From positions 1 to 43,280 of IMG/VR virus record IMGVR_UViG_3300013001_000001: a DNA stretch of 43,280 nt; one strand, 5' to 3'. This DNA comes from a virus. The notes beneath the pieces were generated by a model, which saw only the letters and a list, made by a program, of their open reading frames with translations, was not told where the DNA came from and made no database searches. Below are positions 1 through 6,106 of the stretch, in pieces. Within the stretch, counting starts at the first letter, position 1; every line of letters starts with the position of its first letter. Made by a program: the position numbers and the translations under genes.

Positions 1-123
1 GGCGCGCCACTCGGGCGTGTTCCAGCGGCCGATATCGAAGCACAGCCCGGAATCAATCAGCATGGGCCTGCGCCGGTACCGCGGCCAGATCCAGCTCGGC
101 GCCGTGGTCGCGCATGGCCTGAA
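1..123. repeat. Left copy of the 123-bp terminal direct repeat (identical to 43158..43280)
   Basis: Base-by-base identity checked by eye (offset 43157). The repeat lies inside coding sequence, so assembly overlap of a circular molecule is the best explanation. Confidence 0.95.
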
Positions 124-358
124 AGACCAGGGCGAGCTGGTCATCGTCCAGGACCGACTGCGCGGCCAGCATGAAATGGTTCGCCAGGCTCAGCTGCTTG
201 GCCTCGGGGCCACCCAGGTAGCGGCGGATCTTGCCCTGCTCGATGCCGACCAGGGAGGCGAGGACGCGAGAGCCGACCGCGAGCTGGTCCTTCACGCGGA
301 CCAGGTCATCGGCGACCGGCGGGCGGTACTGCATGACGCGGTACATAGGCGGCACCAA
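53..358 (-). CDS. Hypothetical HTH-type regulator (Aca-like or antitoxin-like), 97-101 aa; start ambiguous (GTG 358, ATG 346 or ATG 337)
   Basis: High-GC3 ORF. The HTH-like segment SRVLASLVGIEQGKIRRYLGG resembles the GLTGRAMRYYL segment of the Aca1-like protein at 4147..4689. Its stop overlaps the next gene's start (ATGCTGATTGA). Confidence 0.65.
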   Translation of the reverse strand: MVPPMYRVMQYRPPVADDLVRVKDQLAVGSRVLASLVGIEQGKIRRYLGGPEAKQLSLANHFMLAAQSVLDDDQLALVFQAMRDHGAELDLAAVPAQAHAD

Positions 359-382
359 AGAGAAGCCCCGCCGAAGCGGGGC
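354..382 (-). terminator. Rho-independent terminator after the 74-aa membrane-protein gene
   Basis: Minus strand GCCCCGC-TTCG-GCGGGGC (365..382) followed by TTCTCTTT. Confidence 0.7.
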
Positions 383-389
383 AGGTGGA

Positions 390-614
390 TCAGGACATGA
401 ACTTCAGCAGCACGGTGGTGAAGAGACCACCGGCGCCGAGCAAGCCGCCGGCCACCACGATGGGGTACCAGAGGGTCTCGTTCGAGATCTTGCGGGCCTC
501 GGCCATGGCCTTAGCGGCGGCGGCGTTCTGCGCGGCGGTCTCGGCGATGAGCTTCATCACCTCCGCGTGGCGGCGGTCGCTTTCGGTTTGGTTGAGGTCA
601 ACGGAGTCAGACAT
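390..614 (-). CDS. Small tail-anchored membrane protein, 74 aa (coiled-coil N-terminus, one C-terminal TM helix)
   Basis: ATG at 614 preceded by AAAGGA. Sequence MSDSVDLNQTESDRRHAEVMKLIAE...WYPIVVAGGLLGAGGLFTTVLLKFMS. Has its own promoter and terminator. Confidence 0.7.
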   Translation of the reverse strand: MSDSVDLNQTESDRRHAEVMKLIAETAAQNAAAAKAMAEARKISNETLWYPIVVAGGLLGAGGLFTTVLLKFMS

Positions 615-669
615 GGATTCGATCCTTTCGGAGTAAGGGACCGCGCGAGCTGCGCCGTCCATGGGAGGC

Positions 670-698
670 ATTATGATCGGTCTGCCCGACCCGTTCAA
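670..698 (-). promoter_or_regulatory. Sigma70-type promoter for the 74-aa gene
   Basis: Minus strand TTGAAC (698..693), 17-nt spacer, CATAAT (675..670). AT-richer than the surroundings. Confidence 0.65.
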
Positions 699-710
699 GT
701 CCCCGCAAGG

Positions 711-750
711 GTTTCTTTTAGGTTTCTTTTAGGAATACCCGGTATATACC
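711..750. repeat. Tandem 11-bp direct repeat (GTTTCTTTTAG x2, 711..732) plus 10-bp palindrome GGTATATACC (741..750), upstream of the promoter
   Basis: Read directly from the sequence. Lies just upstream of the -35 on the minus strand, so it is a candidate regulator binding site. Confidence 0.6.
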
Positions 751-783
751 AAGAGCACCTAAAGGGCATACAAAAGGCGTCCC

Positions 784-1122
784 CTACTTGCGCGGCGCCA
801 GCCGCACCTTGCCACACCGGCGGAAGAACAGGCCCTCCTGGGCAGCGCGCCGCTTGAACCGTTCGGCCTCGCGCGCGTGGAAGTCCACCCCCCGATGGTC
901 GACAGGCGGCAGGCCGAGGCGTTCGCGGAGCTTGGCGTTGTCGCGACAGAGGGAGGTGACGTGGCCCAGCAGCACCACGCGCGCCTGCTCCAGGTCTTCC
1001 ACCTGGTGGATCAGCCGGCCCAGCTCGATCAGCAGGCGGCCGTTCTGCGCGGCGTCCGAGTCAGGATCGAGCTGGTACCCGAAGTCGCCGAAGTCGAGAT
1101 AGTAGTCAGAGTCGTCTTCCAT
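784..1122 (-). CDS. Hypothetical protein, 112 aa (acidic N-terminus, coiled-coil, basic C-terminus)
   Basis: ATG at 1122 (MEDDSDYYLDFGDFGYQLDP...). High-GC3 ORF. The longer ORF up to 1368 has an implausible Arg/Ala/Cys-rich prefix. Confidence 0.65.
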   Translation of the reverse strand: MEDDSDYYLDFGDFGYQLDPDSDAAQNGRLLIELGRLIHQVEDLEQARVVLLGHVTSLCRDNAKLRERLGLPPVDHRGVDFHAREAERFKRRAAQEGLFFRRCGKVRLAPRK

Positions 1123-1154
1123 GATTGCGATTACAGAGCACTGGACAGACAACC

Positions 1155-1182
1155 AGTATAGCCGACGCGCCAGGTCAGTCGA
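1155..1182 (-). promoter_or_regulatory. Candidate sigma70 promoter for the 112-aa gene
   Basis: Minus strand TCGACT (1182..1177), 16 nt, TATACT (1160..1155), about 32 nt before the ATG. Confidence 0.4.
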
Positions 1183-1225
1183 GCACGCCCCGTCATCGAG
1201 AGGGCAAGCCCTTGTTCTGGCAGGG

Positions 1226-1243
1226 AAAACGCACATGATCCGG
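1226..1243. repeat. Left arm of the 18-bp perfect inverted repeat AAAACGCACATGATCCGG (partner 3253..3270)
   Basis: Exact reverse complement found 9 nt after the int stop codon. The core ACGCACATGA recurs at 3348 and 3365. Confidence 0.9.
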
Positions 1244-1318
1244 CAGGCAACTGGCCGTGGAATTATTACCCCCCGCGCAAGAGCCAGAGCGGCAATAAGG
1301 ATGCGCAAGCGCTGTCTA

Positions 1319-1357
1319 GCTTGCCTTTCTCTTCGCTGCGCTTCGAGAAAGGCAAGC
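1319..1357. repeat. Perfect 13-bp-stem hairpin or palindrome in the non-coding region upstream of int
   Basis: GCTTGCCTTTCTC (1319..1331), 13-nt loop, GAGAAAGGCAAGC (1345..1357). No U-tract on either strand. Confidence 0.8.
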
Positions 1358-1887
1358 CCTCCCGGCATTGCGCCAGGAAAGTCCGCCTTGCATCCAGCTT
1401 CGGTAGGCGCCGCAGCACCTTGCCCCCCTCACGCGCCTGGATGACACACCATTCGGCCTGCTGCGATTGCTGAGCCTACCCATGCAGGGCGCTCCCTCGG
1501 CGTTTTTAACGTGGTGCCGGTGTAATTCCCCTTGCCCACATGCAATAGCCCCTCGGACGCGACTCCGAGGAAGGCGTGGTGCGCGTCGCACGCTGGACCG
1601 TATGTGAGGTTCCCCGTTCGGTCCAACTACTGCGGCAAGGACAGCAACAATCTCTTGAGTCCAATCCGTCCAGCCACGCCAAAGGCGCCGAGGCAGTAGC
1701 GACGACGAAGCGAAGGTCTTAGAGGTGGGGCCTGGAAGGTCGATCATCGAGCGGACGCACGGAGGCTAGACAGAACCTTCCGGCATCGTCAGAATCTGAA
1801 CTTACAGGTCTCGTCATCCACGCCGGCAAGCAAGGACATCCTCGAGACCACAGGCAGTGAGAGTTGGTAGCTCTGCACTGCCCGGCT

Positions 1888-1911
1888 AAAGCCCGCCTTT
1901 CGGCGGGCTTT
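1888..1911. terminator. Orphan bidirectional-looking terminator hairpin
   Basis: AAAGCCCGCC-TTTC-GGCGGGCTTT. No convincing gene ends next to it. Confidence 0.5.
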
Positions 1912-2137
1912 GTCGTATCTGGGGTCGGAGATTACCGCCCGGTTACGGCACGTGGCAAGCATGGCGTGAAGAACCTGACGCATTGTTGCGCAGCGCCATG
2001 AGGGCGATTTTCACGTTCGGACAACCGATCTGGTGTCAATCCTGCGACGAACGCCCCGATGCCGGCGGCGGCCCGTCCGGCTATTTCCAGGGCAACTGGT
2101 AGAATTGGCACCAGGCCAGCACAGCCAGGTACCCGCC

Positions 2138-3244
2138 ATGATCTACCGCCGCAAGGACTCCAAATTCTGGTGGATGACGTACACCGATGCCTACGGCATC
2201 CCCGTCCGCCGCTCCACCCAAACCGAAGACCGCAAGGACGCCCGCGTGCTTTACCAGCAGGTGGTCGCCGAGGTCTGGCGGGAGAAGCACATGGGCGTCC
2301 AGGCGCCCCGCACCCTGGCCCAGGTTCTGCGGCCATACCTCTATCACGCCCGCCGGCATCAACGGAGCTTCGAGAGCACCCTCTACCGAGTGCAGACCCT
2401 GAAGCACTACTTTCCCGACGACACGGTGGTCAACCGGCTGACCGGCCAGGACATCCGCAGCTACAGCGCCAGGCGCCTGGAAGCGGGCGCGGCGCCGGCG
2501 ACGATCAACCGGGAGCTGTCTGCCCTTTCCGCGGCCATCAACTACTGCAACACCGAGCTGGACTGGCAGGTGCCGAACGTCATCACCGGCCGGCGCCTGC
2601 GCGAGCCGGACGGGCGCGTGCGCTGGCTGACCCGCGCCCAGGTCGAGGGCCTGTGCCGCAAGGCGGCCGAGCGCAAGACCGGCCAGCTCCTCGAGGACTT
2701 CATTCGGCTGGCGGTCCACACCGGCGGGCGCAAGAGCGAGCTGCTCGGCCTGGAGGTTAGCAGGATCGACCTGCAGAACAATCTGATCATCCTGGAGCAC
2801 ACCGACAACAAGAGCGACAAGCGCCGCTCGATCCCGCTGAACCACTCCGCCCAGGCCGCCATCCTTCGCCGGCTGGCCTACCGCGCCGCGAACTGCCCGG
2901 ACAGCCCCTGGTTGTTCTGCAAGCGCGACGGCGACCCGGTGAAGAGCATCCGAACGGCCTTCGAGAAGGCAGTCGACGAAGCCGGCATCCAGGACTTCAC
3001 CATCCACGACCTGCGCCACACCTGCGCGGCCTGGTTGGTGACCGCCGGCGTGCCGCTGATCGAGGTCCGCGACCTGCTCGGCCACGCCAGCATCGAGCAG
3101 ACGGAGATCTACGCGCACCTGGCCCCGTTCCGGGTTCGCCAGGCGGTCAGCCAGCTCGACCTCCTGCTGCCAGACAACGGTGAGCTGTGGCCCCCGAGGG
3201 TGATCAGCCTGGACGAAGCGCGGGGCAAAAAGCCTCACGCCTGA
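2138..3244 (+). CDS. int: Tyrosine recombinase / phage integrase, 368 aa
   Basis: C-terminal catalytic signature HDLRHTCAAWLVTAGVPLIEVRDLLGHASIEQTEIYAH. N-terminus MIYRRKDSKFWWMTY is typical of phage integrases. ATG 2138 chosen over the Arg-rich in-frame prefix starting at 2033. Confidence 0.92.
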   Translation: MIYRRKDSKFWWMTYTDAYGIPVRRSTQTEDRKDARVLYQQVVAEVWREKHMGVQAPRTLAQVLRPYLYHARRHQRSFESTLYRVQTLKHYFPDDTVVNRLTGQDIRSYSARRLEAGAAPATINRELSALSAAINYCNTELDWQVPNVITGRRLREPDGRVRWLTRAQVEGLCRKAAERKTGQLLEDFIRLAVHTGGRKSELLGLEVSRIDLQNNLIILEHTDNKSDKRRSIPLNHSAQAAILRRLAYRAANCPDSPWLFCKRDGDPVKSIRTAFEKAVDEAGIQDFTIHDLRHTCAAWLVTAGVPLIEVRDLLGHASIEQTEIYAHLAPFRVRQAVSQLDLLLPDNGELWPPRVISLDEARGKKPHA

Positions 3245-3252
3245 TTCACGTC

Positions 3253-3270
3253 CCGGATCATGTGCGTTTT
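3253..3270. repeat. Right arm of the 18-bp inverted repeat (CCGGATCATGTGCGTTTT)
   Basis: Exact reverse complement of 1226..1243. Confidence 0.9.
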
Positions 3271-3347
3271 GGCGTCCAGCGCCGACAGGCTGCGAGCGCC
3301 TCTGGCGCAGGGTATAGCGCCAGGCGCCGGCGGGAGGCGGAATTTAC

Positions 3348-3378
3348 ACGCACATGACACCCCATCATGTGCGTTTTT
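3348..3378 (+). terminator. Hairpin terminator downstream of int, built from the same motif
   Basis: ACGCACATGA (3348..3357), 7-nt loop, TCATGTGCGT (3365..3374), then TTTT. Confidence 0.65.
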
Positions 3379-3478
3379 GCGGATCCGCGCCGCCGCAGGG
3401 TTTCCGCCAGGTTGACCAGGGCGAACCGGGCGCTCAGCCACCCCTCCAGAATTTCACGGCAACAGCCGACCGATCGGA

Positions 3479-3589
3479 CCCGACGTGTGGATCGCCGGCG
3501 CACGATCATCCGCTAGCCCCGGAACATTGTTCCGGGCATGATGATCCCACCAGCCAGCCACGACGGCGAGGCGCCCCCGGAGCGACACG
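3479..3589 (+). promoter_or_regulatory. Copy A of the duplicated promoter/operator/5' leader
   Basis: Shares with 42546..42656 a 16-nt box CCCGACGTGTGGATCG and about 70 nt (roughly 90% identical) running to the ATG. Palindrome CCGGAACATTGTTCCGG (3519..3535) fills the 17-nt spacer between a weak -35 (TAGCCC) and CATGAT (3537..3542). GGAG RBS sits 7 nt before the ATG. Confidence 0.7.
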
Positions 3590-3838
3590 ATGAAAAAGCA
3601 AGCCACCTTCCCCACCCGCCAAGCCGCAAACGCGGCAGGCTTCCTGGCCCTGAGCCAGATCAAGCTCGAAGGCGAGCCGGTCACCTTCCGCAACGGCCAC
3701 CTGGTCACCAGCGACAGCCTGGTCCTGGCCACGGTCGCCACCGAGACCTTCAAGCTCGGCACCAACCTGGGCGCCCTTTTCCGCAAGGCGGACATCGACG
3801 CCGCCCAAGCCAGCCTCGACGAAGTCGCCGCCCTTTAA
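3590..3838 (+). CDS. Hypothetical 82-aa protein; candidate anti-defence (anti-CRISPR-like) gene by context
   Basis: Good RBS. First gene behind the operator-containing promoter and upstream of the Aca1-like gene. No family recognised. Confidence 0.6.
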   Translation: MKKQATFPTRQAANAAGFLALSQIKLEGEPVTFRNGHLVTSDSLVLATVATETFKLGTNLGALFRKADIDAAQASLDEVAAL

Positions 3839-3895
3839 GGGCGGCACCCTCCGCCGCCCCCGCCGGGGCGGCCACCCCATTCAGGAGCCAGAGCC

Positions 3896-4150
3896 ATGAC
3901 CGAATTCACCTTTAAGCACCAGCACGGCGACGAACAGACCGACCCGGAATACACCCTCCTGCAGGACGGCGTTCCTACCCGGATCAGCATCCAGGACAGC
4001 ACCAGCTACGGCGGCGGCTTCTCGGTCAACGTCGACCACCTCGACGACATCGACAATCCGCACATCGTCCACCTGCACCCTCACCTGAAGACGCTGGACC
4101 AGGCCAAAGAGATCGCCCTCGCCCACGCCCGCGCAGGCCTGCAGCCATGA
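3896..4150 (+). CDS. Hypothetical acidic, His-rich 84-aa protein; candidate anti-defence (anti-CRISPR-like) gene by context
   Basis: RBS CAGGAG. Stop overlaps the start of the Aca1-like gene (ATGA). No family recognised. Confidence 0.6.
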   Translation: MTEFTFKHQHGDEQTDPEYTLLQDGVPTRISIQDSTSYGGGFSVNVDHLDDIDNPHIVHLHPHLKTLDQAKEIALAHARAGLQP

Positions 4151-4689
4151 TGCCGAACGCGGAAACGCACTACCTGCCCGACCCGGAGTACCTCAAGCGG
4201 CTGATCGCGGACGCGGGCACCACCCCGCGTTTCGCCGCCGAGCGGATCGGGCTGACCGGGCGCGCCATGCGCTACTACCTCACGCCCCAGGTCGAGGGCG
4301 CCGATTACCGGGTGGCGCCCTACCCGGTCCAGTACACCCTCGAAACCCTGGCCTGCACCGAGCTATCCGCGCGCCATCTCGGCACGTACAAAAACCCCGA
4401 CGTGGTCCTGGAGCAGGTCACCAGCCTGGCCTACCTGCTGGAACAGCTGCACCTCCAGTACGCGACGCCCAGTGACGGCACCCCGGAGGGAATGATCAAG
4501 CGCGGACGCCGGATGCACGCGCTGGCCATGAGCGGGCGCCAGCTGATCAGCTACCTGCTCTGGCTGGGCTTCATGACCGGCGACGTTGGCCGCAACCTCG
4601 ATCAGCGCTTCTACCTGGCCCAAGGCCGAAAGGCAGACGATCCCGTCCACGCCGACGTCGCCGCCATCAAGGCGAAGTACAACCCCTGA
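4147..4689 (+). CDS. aca1: Aca1-like HTH regulator with an additional C-terminal domain of about 105 aa (180 aa total)
   Basis: LPDPEYLKRLIADAGTTPRFAAERIGLTGRAMRYYLTPQVEGADYRVAPYPVQYTLETLA aligns by eye, with about half the positions identical, to Aca1 of Pseudomonas phage JBD30 as I recall it. Confidence 0.6.
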   Translation: MMPNAETHYLPDPEYLKRLIADAGTTPRFAAERIGLTGRAMRYYLTPQVEGADYRVAPYPVQYTLETLACTELSARHLGTYKNPDVVLEQVTSLAYLLEQLHLQYATPSDGTPEGMIKRGRRMHALAMSGRQLISYLLWLGFMTGDVGRNLDQRFYLAQGRKADDPVHADVAAIKAKYNP

Positions 4690-4691
4690 CC

Positions 4692-5243
4692 CTACGGCGC
4701 CAGGCAGACCTCCCGCACCCACCGCTGCAGGCCGATCAGCGCGGTGCGGTCGCGGGCTGCTCCAGCTCGGGCAGCTTGAACGTCGCGTCCAGCAGCTCGA
4801 CTGAGTTCGACGGTGCCTCCATCATCCACGCCGGCGGCGCCGGCCGCGGCAGAGGTTCCGGGCACGTCGCCAGCACCTGGGGCGCAGCGCCCCGCGACCC
4901 GCAGCCGCTCACCAGCAGCAAGGCGAGCAGACAGCTCGCCGCTTTTCCGTTCTTCATCACGCAGCCTCGCGGTCATGGTTTCGTCGATCAGCGCCGCATG
5001 GCGCTGGGCCTGGGCGGCCTTGCCCTGGGCGACCAGGATGGCCTCGGCCGCCGCCCGGTTGATTTGGGCGATCAGGTCGGAGTGGTCCGCCTTCGCCTGC
5101 CGTAGGTCAGATTCTTTACCGGCGACCACCACCTGCCACCGATTACCCTGGATCCACCAGGCGAACGCGCCGCCGGCGATCGCGCCCACCACCAGGCTGG
5201 CCAGCACCAGGATCACGACCGGACGGACGCTGACCGGGTTCAT
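4692..5243 (-). CDS. i-spanin (Rz-like), 183 aa
   Basis: N-terminal TM helix (VVILVLASLVVGAIAGGAFAWWI) and a coiled-coil periplasmic domain. ATGA overlap with the endolysin stop. Contains an embedded lipoprotein ORF. Confidence 0.85.
   Translation of the reverse strand: MNPVSVRPVVILVLASLVVGAIAGGAFAWWIQGNRWQVVVAGKESDLRQAKADHSDLIAQINRAAAEAILVAQGKAAQAQRHAALIDETMTARLRDEERKSGELSARLAAGERLRVAGRCAPGAGDVPGTSAAAGAAGVDDGGTVELSRAAGRDVQAARAGAARDRTALIGLQRWVREVCLAP
4736..4957 (-). CDS. o-spanin (Rz1-like) lipoprotein, 73 aa, embedded in Rz in another frame
   Basis: Lipobox LLVSGC and a Pro-rich mature part. RBS GAGG before ATG 4957. Confidence 0.8.
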   Translation of the reverse strand: MKNGKAASCLLALLLVSGCGSRGAAPQVLATCPEPLPRPAPPAWMMEAPSNSVELLDATFKLPELEQPATAPR

Positions 5244-5887
5244 GCGAGCACCAGGACCTCGGCGGCTCGCTGGCGCAGGGCGATGCGGGCGGCCAGGCCG
5301 AGCTTGCCGGCGTTGATCCGGGCGGTCAGCTCCTCGAACCGATTCGCGTCCGCCAACTGATTGAGCCCGTTCCACCACCAGAACAGGCCAGCGGCCAGCG
5401 CACCAGGCTCAGGCTGTTCGAGCAATTCCGGGCGCGCCTGCAGGGGCAACACCAGCGCCGACCCCATGGCCGCATAGGCCGAACGCCCGGTCACCTGCAG
5501 GGGACCGCGCCCACGATAGCGCCAGCCATCCCCCGAAGCCTCCGGCCCGTTGCCCATGCGCCCGCCATAGGCGGCGTTCGCGATCGCCTCCGGCCGGCGC
5601 GCCAGCTGCAGCGCGCGGGCATTGGGTACCAGGGGCCGCGCCTTCGGATCCACGGCGAACCGGCTGGGCCAGGTGCCGGCCAGGCCCTGGGCGGAATAGT
5701 TGAGGTTCTCCACTACCCGGTTGAGGTGATCGCTCTCATGGCCGACCTGGGCCAGGAAGGCGGCGATCCGCACCGGCGAGGTGATCGCATAGCGCTGCAT
5801 GGCCAGGTTGAGCGCGGGCACCCACAGAGGGGCGACCGAGCGGGACCGCGGGAGGATCTGCACCAGCTGGTCCACGGTGATCGGCAT
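5240..5887 (-). CDS. Endolysin, glycoside hydrolase family 19 (chitinase-like)
   Basis: Motifs AAFLAQVGHESDHL, NLNYS, YRGRGPLQVTGRSAY and FWWWNGLNQLAD, as in Pseudomonas pyocin and phage GH19 lysins. Confidence 0.88.
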   Translation of the reverse strand: MPITVDQLVQILPRSRSVAPLWVPALNLAMQRYAITSPVRIAAFLAQVGHESDHLNRVVENLNYSAQGLAGTWPSRFAVDPKARPLVPNARALQLARRPEAIANAAYGGRMGNGPEASGDGWRYRGRGPLQVTGRSAYAAMGSALVLPLQARPELLEQPEPGALAAGLFWWWNGLNQLADANRFEELTARINAGKLGLAARIALRQRAAEVLVLA

Positions 5888-5902
5888 GGCTTTCTCCAGA
5901 CG

Positions 5903-5926
5903 AAAAAAAGCCCGCGCAAGCGGGCT
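5903..5926 (-). terminator. Rho-independent terminator immediately upstream of the endolysin RBS
   Basis: Minus strand AGCCCGC-TTGC-GCGGGCT followed by T7, then GGAGAAAGCC-ATG. Confidence 0.75.
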
Positions 5927-6106
5927 TGATGAGGGAGGGAATTGGTGGTGGGTGCCCGGACGGGCGAGAGGATGCGTCTAGCAAAATTGACCAGCAGTCG
6001 GCAGAACGATGGGGGCCAGCCCTAGCCGTCACGAAAAATACAGGTAGGCTTGACCCGCGCACCCACCTGTCCGGGTGCGCCCTTCAACCTTCAGGAGAGA
6101 CCATCG

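Noticed and set aside
1316-1747. 143-aa minus-strand ORF in the non-coding region
   Set aside because: Third-position GC is much lower than in all confident genes, the product is Arg/Ser/Gly-rich, and it spans the 13-bp perfect palindrome.
1789-1983. 64-aa minus-strand ORF upstream of int, considered as a possible excisionase
   Set aside because: It reads straight through the strong terminator hairpin at 1888..1911, has low GC3 and no HTH or winged-helix signature, and is on the opposite strand to int.
2033-2137. Upstream in-frame extension of the integrase ORF (start at 2033)
   Set aside because: The prefix MSILRRTPRCRRRPVRLFPG... is Arg-rich and not protein-like. ATG 2138 gives the canonical integrase N-terminus MIYRRKDSKFWW.
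3519-3535. GAAC-N-GTTC palindrome considered as a LexA (Cheo-box-like) SOS operator
   Set aside because: The spacer is 3 nt rather than 4. The Cheo box belongs to Gram-positive LexA, whereas gammaproteobacterial LexA boxes are CTG-N10-CAG. Context favours the adjacent Aca1-like regulator.
1123-3589. tRNA or tmRNA gene (or 3' fragment) as an attachment site next to int
   Set aside because: No GGTTCGAATCC-type T-arm or acceptor-CCA pattern was found on either strand by eye. A formal tRNAscan/ARAGORN run is still advisable.
3538-3592. Upstream ATGATG in the conserved leader (both copies), considered as a regulatory uORF
   Set aside because: No RBS precedes it. The reading frames and peptide sequences differ between the two copies because of indels. 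The ATGATG is better explained as part of the -10 element CATGAT.
6057-6080. Similarity of hairpin arms GCGCACC/GGTGCGC at 6057..6080 and 42981..43010, considered as a repeated element
   Set aside because: Only the 7-8-bp GC-rich arms match; the loops and flanks differ. This is compatible with chance in high-GC DNA.
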